Positions 1-9,845 of a stretch of 64,000 bases of DNA are shown here, one piece after another. The DNA is taken from the NCBI GenBank assembly GCA_012441205.1, contig GCA_012441205.1_4705.1; one strand, 5' to 3'. The first letter of the stretch is position 1. Every line of letters starts with the position of its first letter. The notes under the pieces are model-generated. The model was not told the origin of the DNA. It saw nothing but the letters and a program-made list of their open reading frames with translations, and made no database searches. This stretch comes from a phage. A program made the position numbers and the translations under genes.

Positions 1-231
1 AATCCAAAAACGATTTCAACTGTTCACGGAGTAAGTATACCTCGCTATAATCGCTTCTTGCCGCGGCATACGTGTTTATGGTATCGGTAACCATTCTCCG
101 TGTACGAGGATCGCGTCGTTTCCTCAGATGCAAACAACGGTCTCGAAGGTAATGGCCGATAAGATGGGCAAATCGAAGTCCGTATCCGCTCAGCCTCATG
201 CCGTGCGAGAAGACGTCGATACGAGCTAACT

Positions 232-2238
232 TCATAACGTGATTACATCCTCCGGTTTAGGTTCTTTACGCGGTAAAAGCATGTAGTCGATCGGATGATC
301 TGGCTTCATGGTTGGGATATAACTGTTCGGGTTTTGGAACGCATCCAGTTGCTCTTGGTGAGCGAACTTCATACTCAAGGAGCGCATGTTCATGTTCTTC
401 TTGAAGGTACTGAAGTATCGTGTTGTTCCCTGTTTCGGCATGCGATAATCTTTCGTGTGTGGCGAACGAATCATGCTGGCGTAGAGAATAACATCGAGAT
501 GCGAAAGGTTCATTCGCAGACGCTGGGCACACAGACGATGCCAATAATACAGCACGTTTGCAACTTCTTCCGGCGTTGCTTCGTCTTCCGAAAGGAATCC
601 GGCACTGAAAGAACCTTTCCCGAATTTGAACTCACGTTCGATTTCTTTTGCGTATTCCATCATGTTTTTGTGGATTAACGGCATCTGGAATAACGTACGT
701 GAATTGTCCCAATGTTTCAAGTCGAAAATCACAATCCCGTCAGACGTCACTTCCCAGCTATGGCGTTTTAGATAACGGATAAACGCTTTACTCGGTACAA
801 CAGGACGACCGCAGAAATCGAAATTGACTTTGAGCTTACGATAGCTTTCATCTTTCCTGTCGTAAATCTCCATATCGCAAAGCGTCATGTTAAACAAACG
901 TTGCGGTATCAGCGAACTAATTTCTTCCGCTTCGGCTACGTCGTACAACATGTTCGCAAGACCTAACTTCATCTTAATCAGCACGTGTTTACCTTTCAGC
1001 TCACGTGCGAGTTTGATGTCGTTCATGTTCTGGCTGTAGCGAAGGATATGTTGATATTCCGGTGGGATTGGTGCTGTGGATACCGTTGACGAACCATCGT
1101 GGTGTTTGGTAGAAAGAATGTTCTGCGTTACCTGTTGCGAACAGGTACGCGCTGCGCCATCGCCGACATTATCGGTTAGTGCGAAGTTATGACTTAATTC
1201 ACCGTAACACGTTGTACATACCCCAGCAGGATCGGGATGATGGCAATAGTTAACGGAGCGCATGCGTACCGTCGTACCAATCAATTCTTTCATGTGTGGT
1301 TGTATCGCTACCAACGAACCGTCATCACGAATAATGAATCGACCATGGAAGCCACGCAGGTCGGTCTCATCACGGATTGGCATCGGGATGGTCTCTTTAC
1401 TACCACAATCACCAGGATGAAGTCGTTGTACAACCGCTGTCGCTATCTGAAGTTCACGACCGAAATATTCAGACTTTTTAATCTGCTCTTTGTTGAACAG
1501 CAACGATTTCGCCGCAGAACGACTTTCTTTCAAGCTGTCGGGAAGAGAGATCAAACCAGCTGCGTACGACCGCATTACTGGATCACGGAATATCTCGGAG
1601 TTAATATCAGTCAAGAATCCACGCATCCCAATACACTGTAGCACCTGCCCAATCGAAACGTGTTCGGTTCTTACCGCACGTGCAATAGGGTTTGCATGTA
1701 ACGTTTTATCGGTGCTCAGTACCTTGGTCAGTTTCTTGTATGCGCTTTCGATACCTTCACGGGTGGGTTCCGCTTCGGCGATGATTTTCTTAACTTCGGG
1801 GTGTACAGTAATCTGATAAAAATCATCCGCGCAAATCGTTGTTACGTATTCCTCCAACGCATACGTAAAGAAGTTATACACATTGTTAAACATATCGAAC
1901 AATGCTTTCCAGAGAACCTCACGATTCTCTTGTGGGTAAGCATACATGCATTGACGATACGCGGCGCTTTGCAACGCAACCGATGAACCCGCTGTGAACT
2001 TGCGTTTATCAACCAGGTTCTCTTTTGTCAGTGGTGTCTCAGGATACATGCGATGCACAGACCAGTGCATGTAACTAAAGAAAATGCGTCGCGCACGTAA
2101 TTCATGAACGCCATCGTCCATCTCGATATATACGCGGTCATTAGGCTGTGCCCACTCGAATACCTCATCAACCGGCCAGTGCATAAGCTCGCGTGCCCTC
2201 ACACGACGTTTCGTGGTGGTCGTCTGTGTTGTAGTCAT
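232..2238 (-). CDS. RNA polymerase beta-prime C-terminal-like subunit (split RNAP)
   Basis: 668 aa; ...AGVCTTCYGELSH...GAARTCSQQVTQNILSTKHHDGSS matches the bacterial beta-prime segment CAHCYGRDL...[27 protein letters not shown] RBS upstream. Confidence 0.7.
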   Translation of the reverse strand: MTTTQTTTTKRRVRARELMHWPVDEVFEWAQPNDRVYIEMDDGVHELRARRIFFSYMHWSVHRMYPETPLTKENLVDKRKFTAGSSVALQSAAYRQCMYAYPQENREVLWKALFDMFNNVYNFFTYALEEYVTTICADDFYQITVHPEVKKIIAEAEPTREGIESAYKKLTKVLSTDKTLHANPIARAVRTEHVSIGQVLQCIGMRGFLTDINSEIFRDPVMRSYAAGLISLPDSLKESRSAAKSLLFNKEQIKKSEYFGRELQIATAVVQRLHPGDCGSKETIPMPIRDETDLRGFHGRFIIRDDGSLVAIQPHMKELIGTTVRMRSVNYCHHPDPAGVCTTCYGELSHNFALTDNVGDGAARTCSQQVTQNILSTKHHDGSSTVSTAPIPPEYQHILRYSQNMNDIKLARELKGKHVLIKMKLGLANMLYDVAEAEEISSLIPQRLFNMTLCDMEIYDRKDESYRKLKVNFDFCGRPVVPSKAFIRYLKRHSWEVTSDGIVIFDLKHWDNSRTLFQMPLIHKNMMEYAKEIEREFKFGKGSFSAGFLSEDEATPEEVANVLYYWHRLCAQRLRMNLSHLDVILYASMIRSPHTKDYRMPKQGTTRYFSTFKKNMNMRSLSMKFAHQEQLDAFQNPNSYIPTMKPDHPIDYMLLPRKEPKPEDVITL

Positions 2239-2383
2239 TATTGCTTTCCGATTTAAATGGTTTTATCATACGGTTTACCAAATCCGTTGGACTTTACTAT
2301 CGTTGTGATAGCATCGGGAATCCCTTCCCTTAGGTTATGTAGGTGTTAATATATCTCCACTGCTGACCTTTATGTCGGCAGCA

Positions 2384-2869
2384 TTATCCAGCTTTCTGTT
2401 GTAAAGCGTATGGATCCATAGCGTCAGACATATCCGCAAAAACGGTGAGAATAAACCCCTTTATCTGTCTCACCTCGGTTACACGAAGCCCTTTATCATT
2501 ACGATATACGTTTTCTTCACCGACCAACTTCGGCCTGATAGCATAAACCCCATCAACAAACGGGAATGTCGGATACGGATAAATACCGATACGAATGATG
2601 TTTGGGTGATCGCCTAGAAGGTCACGTCCAAACTTATCGACTCGACCATAAATCGTTCCATCCACACCTTCCACTTCAATGAGATCATTTCGAATATCCT
2701 GAAATAGCTGCTCTAACGTGTCGGCGGGATACGCGTATGCGACGCCTAACGCTGGATCCTCAATGGTTTTGACACTGAATCCGTTAAGCCAAACAATCCG
2801 TTCGTCCGCCCATGTTTCTTCATATACCGTTAATCCATCGCCGTATATGTTGGCGTGTGCTATCTCCAT
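2384..2869 (-). CDS. hypothetical protein
   Basis: 161-aa ORF, GAGGAAA RBS upstream of ATG. Confidence 0.5.
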   Translation of the reverse strand: MEIAHANIYGDGLTVYEETWADERIVWLNGFSVKTIEDPALGVAYAYPADTLEQLFQDIRNDLIEVEGVDGTIYGRVDKFGRDLLGDHPNIIRIGIYPYPTFPFVDGVYAIRPKLVGEENVYRNDKGLRVTEVRQIKGFILTVFADMSDAMDPYALQQKAG

Positions 2870-2983
2870 AATCTCATTTCCTCTTATACGTTAGGATAGA
2901 TGACATGTTGGATATACGTTGCCTTTGCATATATTGCTTTATTTCCGTCAGAAATAACGGAAAATAAAAACAACGACATAGTT

Positions 2984-3013
2984 CCCTCCCACCTCCACAT
3001 GGGAGAGGGAGGG
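2984..3013 (-). terminator. hairpin CCCTCCC/GGGAGGG followed by U-run on minus strand
   Basis: 7-bp GC stem, T-rich tract downstream in transcript sense. Confidence 0.5.
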
Positions 3014-3026
3014 CTATTCGTGTTTA

Positions 3027-3389
3027 TTACTCTATGCTGTCTTCTTCAACACAATCCTCTTCGGAACCGTCGAACGTTTTCTGCACTGCGGTGGTATCCC
3101 AGTTGGCAGCGTAATCAGCCATCGCTTCGCGCAGTGCTTCTTCACCAGCATCACCAGCCAGGTCAAGCACAACCAACCCTTGCGCGACGTTTTGAGCGAC
3201 AGTATCAATAACGGTCGCATCTTCTTCAAAACTACGTACCGGTTCAATGGTGCCTACATCAACAGCATAGTTCGTGGTCGCTGTAAGCACGGCGACTTGT
3301 AGCGCGTCGCTATCTTCATCATGCAATGCTGCTTCAATACCGATTGGACGGGCCAGTTCTTGCAGTGTTAATTTGCGAATTAAGTTCAT
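3027..3389 (-). CDS. hypothetical acidic protein
   Basis: 120-aa ORF, GAGGAAA RBS, followed by hairpin and T-run. Confidence 0.5.
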   Translation of the reverse strand: MNLIRKLTLQELARPIGIEAALHDEDSDALQVAVLTATTNYAVDVGTIEPVRSFEEDATVIDTVAQNVAQGLVVLDLAGDAGEEALREAMADYAANWDTTAVQKTFDGSEEDCVEEDSIE

Positions 3390-3411
3390 TATGTTTTTCC
3401 TCAGGTGAATG

Positions 3412-3762
3412 TTAGCAATCGTTTAAAACTTTTTCGATACGATGGTTGACGAGTTCATTGAACGACTCTTCAACTTGTTCGATAATTTCATCAACGTCGA
3501 TATCTAATTGTTGGGGTTGGATAACATGCTCTTTCATGGTTTCTAGCCAGTATTCGGCTTTAACCATAACGTTAGCTACTTGTTCGACCTGGCTGCGTAT
3601 GTCGACGATCTGGCAGTCAGGATTTTTAATATCGATGATGTGCCCGTGCTGATTGATAAAGCCTAGCTTATTCGACGCCTTTACCGCATCGCGGGCAAGT
3701 TCTTGCAAGATTAAATTATTAACGTAGTTCACTGCTACGGAACGATTTTCGTTATCACTCAT
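3412..3762 (-). CDS. hypothetical protein
   Basis: start moved to internal ATG (MSDNEN...) preceded by AAGAGGA; the longer ORF N-terminus overlaps the upstream hairpin. Confidence 0.45.
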   Translation of the reverse strand: MSDNENRSVAVNYVNNLILQELARDAVKASNKLGFINQHGHIIDIKNPDCQIVDIRSQVEQVANVMVKAEYWLETMKEHVIQPQQLDIDVDEIIEQVEESFNELVNHRIEKVLNDC

Positions 3763-3840
3763 ACCAGGGATCCTCTTTAAGTCATCACATTCTAGTGTTA
3801 AGCAGTTAAAATAAACCGTCCCTTTAATCAGCATAAACAT

Positions 3841-3869
3841 CCTCCTCCCACCACAGGGGCAGGAGGAGG
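3841..3869 (-). terminator. hairpin CCTCCTCC/GGAGGAGG
   Basis: 8-bp stem immediately after gene stop. Confidence 0.45.
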
Positions 3870-3880
3870 CGTAATATGCA

Positions 3881-4291
3881 TCAGAAAGGAGGGCGATCTT
3901 TAAATTCTAGCAACGTGTCTTCGAAGCAAGCGATAAGTTCAGACTGCAATTCGGTACGGCCTTGTTCACCGAAGAGTTCCAGCAACATTAACCCCCGAGC
4001 GGTCTTCGTAGCAACCTCTTCGCAGATGCGGAGATCGCGAACTTCATCATCGCCGACATCTTTACGTAACTGCGCTGCAATGGGCTTAAGATTACCGTTT
4101 TCATCGTGTTCGTCACGAAATGCATCATAAGCCGCATCGATGTTCGCGATCCGTGTCAACCCTTCAGAATCCCGCCAGTCTCGATATAATCCAAGCAGAC
4201 GGTTATGATTCTTCGTTTTGACGTTCGGTGCTGGAAGGTTGCGCAACAGATGTGGTGTAATCATTGCTATCACGCTATCCGAATGATCCAT
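3881..4291 (-). CDS. hypothetical protein
   Basis: 136-aa ORF followed by CCTCCTCC/GGAGGAGG hairpin. Confidence 0.5.
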   Translation of the reverse strand: MDHSDSVIAMITPHLLRNLPAPNVKTKNHNRLLGLYRDWRDSEGLTRIANIDAAYDAFRDEHDENGNLKPIAAQLRKDVGDDEVRDLRICEEVATKTARGLMLLELFGEQGRTELQSELIACFEDTLLEFKDRPPF

Positions 4292-4302
4292 CGTATACCT
4301 CG

Positions 4303-6471
4303 TTAGCTTTCGCAGTCATCTGCGTCGATGATTTGTCCGCCAGCAACGTTCAGTTGATGATACAGAATCCTCAACGCACGGTTGCCGCCAATGGGATACT
4401 TCTCGAAGTTGGTCGCAATAGGAATCGCTGACGGTTTATCGGTCGCATAGATGCTTTCAGTGATGCTATCCACCTGTTTTGGATTGTTCGCATAATCCAT
4501 AAAGACGCTAGCAAACCATCCGCCAGCAAAGGCGGTAACTTCGCGATGTTCAGATTCACCGCAGTAACGAGTTGGTTGCTCTTTACCAGGAGAACTGTAT
4601 TTATCGCTATTACTGAGTTTCGACGGTAATCCATGCGCTTGCAGTTTAGGGATGCCCACCGCTGACCAGTCGTTCGCCGTCTTCTCCAACATCATGATGT
4701 ACGTGTCACCGATCGCAATATCGTTCTTGGTTGTCCGCCATTGCCCAGAACGTCCACGATACCGTACAGGACCTTTCTTCAACGGGAACTCACGAATCAG
4801 ATTCTCCATACGTTCTGAACCTGCTGCGATACTGTCCGTCGGGATATAAACTTCCGTACCGTGGCGCTGTACGTACCGTAAATGATCCCATTTATCCTCA
4901 TCCGTGATACAGTATTTTTCAACAACCTGTTCCACGAACTCAGGACTGACGATATAGTAGTAGCGCATCAGTGTGTTCCAAGCGGTCTCCAGATCGCCTG
5001 CATCCATCACCGGTTTCAGTTCACGCATGATCTGATCACCAACACCGTTGATGTATGGCGCATTAACACGACTTAAACTCATCCTTTTGATTACCGTGCT
5101 ATCGTCGAACATAAAGTCCGCAACGTTACCCCATTGGTCAACCGGCATTTCATCGTCTTCCATGATGTCGGTTACGACGAATTTATCACCCGCCATACCG
5201 GTGAATTTAAACCCGATACCCGGAACAACATCGTACGTGTATGTGATGGTCACACGCCAATCATCGAGATTCTCTTTACGGTAATCGCGGGTCGGTAACA
5301 CATGACGTAGCTGTCCGTTAGGATTGCGGATATCAATACCGTGTTCAGCATCAGCCAGGTTCAACCACCACATCACCGTTTGATGATGACGTATCGGCGT
5401 ACCAACGCGTTCACGTTCGTACTTACGAACAGCATCCTGAATTCGGGTGTAAAGCAAACCAATCGCGTTCTCGTATTTCAGGAATTGACGATACGGAGGA
5501 CGCATCTTCTCTTCCATCATAATCGCACGCTCGCGGGCTTGACGTCCAGAACGACGATGTCGGTCGCTGACAACATCGATATCCGTTACACGCGCATTCG
5601 GTTCCGCGTAAGTGAGATCATCGTAAACATAATCCACACGCTGAAGGTTACACGTCATCATGTCAACAACGCTGAGGATAGGATCGATTTCGCGCGTTGC
5701 TGCAAGTAACCCATCCTTACGAATACGCTCACCGTTCTCGGGTATTGCTTGATATACCTCATCATCACCGTAGAGATTGATTGGGTATCGTGATTTACCT
5801 GATGTGATCGTTCGCTTCTCAATGCCGGTACTGGTGAAATGCTTCAATACACCACGACGGGCAACACCACCATCCTCGATACACTGATAGAAGCTACCGA
5901 AACACACTTTGCAATCGCGACCGTAACCCCACTCGCGCGTTTCTTGATTGATCGCTGGGCTTTCCATCAAACGAGAATACCGCGGTACGATCTGGCCTCG
6001 ACGAAGGGAATGGAACAAGTTGGTTGGTCGAAAACGGAAACCATACTGCTGATGCATGATGTGATGCTCAGGCACTTCAAGCAAGCGTAGCTCGTGACGG
6101 TTACCATCCTCTTGGTTTTCATACAGCACGTAATGCATCGTGTTTGTTTTGATGCTGTTTGCTGTATGTCCTGGTTGAAACCGCGGAATGATATCTATGA
6201 TGCGAGATTCAACTGGAAACTCTACTGACCAAGTGTTCTGTCCGTACTGGTATTCAATCCCCGTCGTTAGTCGGGACGGTTTCGCATCTTTGATAACCAA
6301 CGCTTGGCTAAGATGTCCACCAAACATCGCAGCGCGCTGTGCTGAGTTATAATGCAGTAGCCCGTTAAGTCCAGTCCCTACGCCAGTATACTCCTGTTTA
6401 ATGGGAATGATTTTACCTTCAGCGATTGCCTGCTTCACAGATTCATAAAGAGGTTTTTCTTTATAATGCAT
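4303..6471 (-). CDS. RNA polymerase beta C-terminal-like subunit (split RNAP)
   Basis: AQRAAMFGGHLSQALVIKDAKPSRLTTGIE matches beta ANRALMGANMQRQAVP...KPLVGTGME; GMAGDKFVVTD...EDDEMPVD matches the GDKMAGRHGNKG...EDMPY region; C-terminal RYCGESEHREVTAFAGGW matches RFGEMEVWALEAYGAAY; start set at MHYKEKPL with AGGAAG RBS. Confidence 0.7.
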   Translation of the reverse strand: MHYKEKPLYESVKQAIAEGKIIPIKQEYTGVGTGLNGLLHYNSAQRAAMFGGHLSQALVIKDAKPSRLTTGIEYQYGQNTWSVEFPVESRIIDIIPRFQPGHTANSIKTNTMHYVLYENQEDGNRHELRLLEVPEHHIMHQQYGFRFRPTNLFHSLRRGQIVPRYSRLMESPAINQETREWGYGRDCKVCFGSFYQCIEDGGVARRGVLKHFTSTGIEKRTITSGKSRYPINLYGDDEVYQAIPENGERIRKDGLLAATREIDPILSVVDMMTCNLQRVDYVYDDLTYAEPNARVTDIDVVSDRHRRSGRQARERAIMMEEKMRPPYRQFLKYENAIGLLYTRIQDAVRKYERERVGTPIRHHQTVMWWLNLADAEHGIDIRNPNGQLRHVLPTRDYRKENLDDWRVTITYTYDVVPGIGFKFTGMAGDKFVVTDIMEDDEMPVDQWGNVADFMFDDSTVIKRMSLSRVNAPYINGVGDQIMRELKPVMDAGDLETAWNTLMRYYYIVSPEFVEQVVEKYCITDEDKWDHLRYVQRHGTEVYIPTDSIAAGSERMENLIREFPLKKGPVRYRGRSGQWRTTKNDIAIGDTYIMMLEKTANDWSAVGIPKLQAHGLPSKLSNSDKYSSPGKEQPTRYCGESEHREVTAFAGGWFASVFMDYANNPKQVDSITESIYATDKPSAIPIATNFEKYPIGGNRALRILYHQLNVAGGQIIDADDCES

Positions 6472-6502
6472 AGGACTTCCTATTATCGAATTGAGGTACG
6501 TC

Positions 6503-6856
6503 ATGTCTAACACGCCCCTGAACGACTTTCTTAAGACAAACCCCGATGACCTCATCCACGATCTTGATTTCAGGAACGTTGTTGAGATGCATCTGGAATA
6601 TTTCAAAAATGCCGGACTGGTCTCTACGATAGACATACCACCCGAACGCGCCTACGAATTCGATGGTAACTTTTATGGATTGTGTCGTGTTCTGCTCGGT
6701 GAGGGCAGTGAACCAATGCACTGGATAACCATGAGACTCAATGGTTATCGCGACCCTACGGAATACACCGCCGATGTTCTAACCATGAAGATTGTCGATA
6801 CAAGCGCAATCAACACATTAAAACAGCAGTATCGCACAATCCACTACAGCGCTTAA
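6503..6856 (+). CDS. hypothetical protein
   Basis: plus-strand ORF, ATG 7 nt after GAGG; divergent from the beta-C-like gene. Confidence 0.45.
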   Translation: MSNTPLNDFLKTNPDDLIHDLDFRNVVEMHLEYFKNAGLVSTIDIPPERAYEFDGNFYGLCRVLLGEGSEPMHWITMRLNGYRDPTEYTADVLTMKIVDTSAINTLKQQYRTIHYSA

Positions 6857-6861
6857 GATAA

Positions 6862-6890
6862 CCCTCCCACAGCGTAAAGCGTAGGGAGGG
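6862..6890. terminator. hairpin between convergent genes (CCCTCCC/GGGAGGG)
   Basis: 7-bp stem between plus-gene stop 6856 and minus-gene stop 6922. Confidence 0.45.
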
Positions 6891-6921
6891 CATTTATGCC
6901 GTCGTTCGATGACTTAATACA

Positions 6922-8202
6922 TCAGAAACGATTTACAGTACGTCCTGTCCACGCGCTCAGGATGTTGTTACGTTCCATCTCAGCACGACGACGTAAACCG
7001 TTTGGCGACTGCGGTGCTTGCGGCATCCCCCATCCAGCCGGTTGCATACCCATGCCCGGCCAAGCAGCGTTATTGAACATCGTACCGTTACGTTCCGCAA
7101 CACGGTTCATCAGCGCATCAAACGTGCTATTACCTGCCGGTTGGTTACCGCCGCTTTCCCACTGATTAGGTTGGACAGGTGCGGTTTTACCTAACAGGTT
7201 ATCGATCACACTGCCTGTTGAAGCAGGACGCGGTTGCATACCTTCATGTGCAGCTGCTGATGGATTTGGCTTAACCGTCGGCTGCGGACGACTGTTCAGC
7301 GTTACACCCATGTTGTATTTCGCTGGCGGAATCTGACCACGATGTTGATTGATCGGTTCAAAATCCTCAACCCAGGTAACATCACAGTAGCCGTTCTCTT
7401 TACCGTCGTACTTATCACCAAACAGTTTGATGAGATTGTTCAGCGGTTCCATCAGCTTAGCGAAGCTGTGGATAAGACAATCGAAATACGGAGCATGAGG
7501 ATCGCTTGACCCAGCGTTGTACGTTTCACTTACCTCACCCGCGTGTGGGATAACGTACTCAACCAGGTTTCTCAGCATGTTAAGATCTTTCTTGGAAATC
7601 TCAACACCACACCAGTACGTTTTCTTATCTTTCGTGCTGATATGTTCTTCTTCCATGAACGGGAAAGTAACGACCGCAACACGGGTCATCTTCTTACCCA
7701 TGTAGGTTGCACCAGTACGACGAAGATAAATTTTGGACAGTGTATACGGCGTATCACGTTTCAGCCAAACGGTGACCAGTTTACCCAGGGTCGTTAATGT
7801 TTTATCGCTGGCGTCCGCAAGGATGTTGAAGAACTCTTTTTGCTTCGGTCCGAAACGTTTTGCTTCTTTAGGATTGATTGCGGTTTCAACCATCCAAATC
7901 AGCATGGAGCATAGCGTGGCGTTAAAACGAACAACCATCGCACGACGCAGGAACTGAAGTACTTCCGATTCGCCGTTCATCACGTCTTCACTTAGCGGAT
8001 GGAACAGCACACGTTCAGCCAGCTGATTTCCGGTACGAACTTCAGAAACCGGCATCAGCAACGGCATGCTTTCCACGGTAGCGGCAACTGCAACAACTTT
8101 ACCATCCCCATCCGTAAAACGATATTCTAATTCGTGGGCGTCATTCTCAAAATAGTTAACGCTCTGTAGTGCTTTGCGATAAGCTTCGATAAGCTTCGAC
8201 AT
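6922..8202 (-). CDS. hypothetical protein with Pro/Gly/Gln-rich C-terminal low-complexity region
   Basis: 426-aa ORF. Confidence 0.5.
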   Translation of the reverse strand: MSKLIEAYRKALQSVNYFENDAHELEYRFTDGDGKVVAVAATVESMPLLMPVSEVRTGNQLAERVLFHPLSEDVMNGESEVLQFLRRAMVVRFNATLCSMLIWMVETAINPKEAKRFGPKQKEFFNILADASDKTLTTLGKLVTVWLKRDTPYTLSKIYLRRTGATYMGKKMTRVAVVTFPFMEEEHISTKDKKTYWCGVEISKKDLNMLRNLVEYVIPHAGEVSETYNAGSSDPHAPYFDCLIHSFAKLMEPLNNLIKLFGDKYDGKENGYCDVTWVEDFEPINQHRGQIPPAKYNMGVTLNSRPQPTVKPNPSAAAHEGMQPRPASTGSVIDNLLGKTAPVQPNQWESGGNQPAGNSTFDALMNRVAERNGTMFNNAAWPGMGMQPAGWGMPQAPQSPNGLRRRAEMERNNILSAWTGRTVNRF

Positions 8203-8229
8203 ATTGTATTTCCTTTTCTTTACGTCAAC

Positions 8230-8251
8230 GGTCCCCCTACAACAGGGGACC
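8230..8251 (-). terminator. hairpin GGTCCCC/GGGGACC
   Basis: 7-bp stem in intergenic gap. Confidence 0.4.
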
Positions 8252-8257
8252 TATGGA

Positions 8258-9844
8258 TTAGAAGTTGCCTTTGGTAGTTACCGCATCCACCAGGTTAAAC
8301 AAATCAACACTCAGCTTGTAAACCTCCTGCTGGCTACGGTTGAGCAGCGGGCTGTATGCAGATGGGTTGATGTTCGGCATGGTGTACGGAATCGGTGCGG
8401 AGCCGTCAACGCTGATCTTGAACTGGCTGTCCAGGAACAGGTTAATCGCGCCGCTCACCATAACCGCATTCGGGTTGTTACCCAACATGGAGGGTAGGAT
8501 ATTGGTAATCATGTCAGAACGCATTTGTTCAGCAGCACGGTTACAATCGTATCCTTTAATGAACGGTACAGCGTCGGTAACCGCAACCGCCCACTGACCT
8601 GGCATGATACCGAGTTCTGGGTGACCATGGTTGTCAGCAATGAAACGGAACGACTCCAACATGCGATACGTCATCGCAGCAGGCATCATTGCAGCAAGCG
8701 ATGAGCAATACAGCGTTGGATAATCGATCACGTCCCAGCTCTGGCTGTCGGTAGGCATCCAACCAAACTCGGTGGTTGCTGATGTACCACGACGAGCTTC
8801 CACATACGGGAATAACGTTAAGACGTCACGGATATGTTCACCGAACATCCGTTTCATGTCAGCCCAACTCAGGCTACCGCTGAAAGCGAATCCTTCATCA
8901 CGCATAATCGCACCGAATACCGGATGCGCAACCAGAGGTTCTTCACGAACAGCTTGAGCGGCTTCCACGTAAATATCCTCGTTCTCTGCGCTACCTGGAT
9001 GAGACCCGCTTTCGTACGTCTGACGAATAGCTCCAACATTATCGAAGGCTTTTCTCAGATAGATGGTTGGGATGTTCGTATCAGCACTAGCTGGTTTGAT
9101 TTTCTCTGTTGCGAAACACATAGCTGCTTCCACACCACGGAAAACCGGTTCCGGTTGCGGTGGATAGGATGTACGATGAACCACATCAGCGTAGGCTGGA
9201 TCGAACTGCTGCATCACGTTCTGCATGGCTGGGTCCATGAACTGGTTATCAAAACCACCATTACCTACCCAACGTGCTGTTGATGCATAGGTCAGCGTAT
9301 CCTGAACACGAGTACTGAACTGAACATCACGATTAACAGGGTCGTATGCGCCGGTCAACAGGTTCGTTGCGTCCATCGGGGTTGCACGAACGATTTGCTT
9401 ACCGAACATATCCGTCGTGGTTGTTTCGGTTACCTGGATTACGTTCGTGAAGAAGAACACCAGTTCGTTCGGCAGATCGATAGCACGCGTTGTAAACGCA
9501 TCGAGACTTACAGAATGGTCGGTGTATCCAGAAATGTAATGGACGCGCTTGGTTCCTGGTGCAAGGGCCAAGGATTCTTCTACAGCCATCATGAAATGGA
9601 AACGGCGTGTGCCCCAACCATTCGCAATCTCCGAAACCCCCTCAGGTTCTGCAGACTGCTGCAACAACCCGGTTGCAAGCTTATTGATTGCTGATGGTGT
9701 TGTTGCCGTACCGAACCGCGTCGTGTTAATAAAGTCTTCGATGCTACGCATGCTATCTGCGTGGAATCGTAGCGGACGACGCTGTACGTTGTTGTACGGT
9801 GCGGTTTCAACCATCAGGATTTCACGAACATTCATCGGGATCAT
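8258..9844 (-). CDS. hypothetical protein
   Basis: 528-aa ORF; its start abuts the stop of the upstream gene. Confidence 0.5.
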   Translation of the reverse strand: MIPMNVREILMVETAPYNNVQRRPLRFHADSMRSIEDFINTTRFGTATTPSAINKLATGLLQQSAEPEGVSEIANGWGTRRFHFMMAVEESLALAPGTKRVHYISGYTDHSVSLDAFTTRAIDLPNELVFFFTNVIQVTETTTTDMFGKQIVRATPMDATNLLTGAYDPVNRDVQFSTRVQDTLTYASTARWVGNGGFDNQFMDPAMQNVMQQFDPAYADVVHRTSYPPQPEPVFRGVEAAMCFATEKIKPASADTNIPTIYLRKAFDNVGAIRQTYESGSHPGSAENEDIYVEAAQAVREEPLVAHPVFGAIMRDEGFAFSGSLSWADMKRMFGEHIRDVLTLFPYVEARRGTSATTEFGWMPTDSQSWDVIDYPTLYCSSLAAMMPAAMTYRMLESFRFIADNHGHPELGIMPGQWAVAVTDAVPFIKGYDCNRAAEQMRSDMITNILPSMLGNNPNAVMVSGAINLFLDSQFKISVDGSAPIPYTMPNINPSAYSPLLNRSQQEVYKLSVDLFNLVDAVTTKGNF

Positions 9845-9845
9845 T

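Noticed and set aside
2268-2282. CGGTTTACCAAATCC, resembling the conserved 12-mer CGTTTACCATCT
   Set aside because: It is on the plus strand with no plus-strand gene downstream and matches only partially; likely coincidence.
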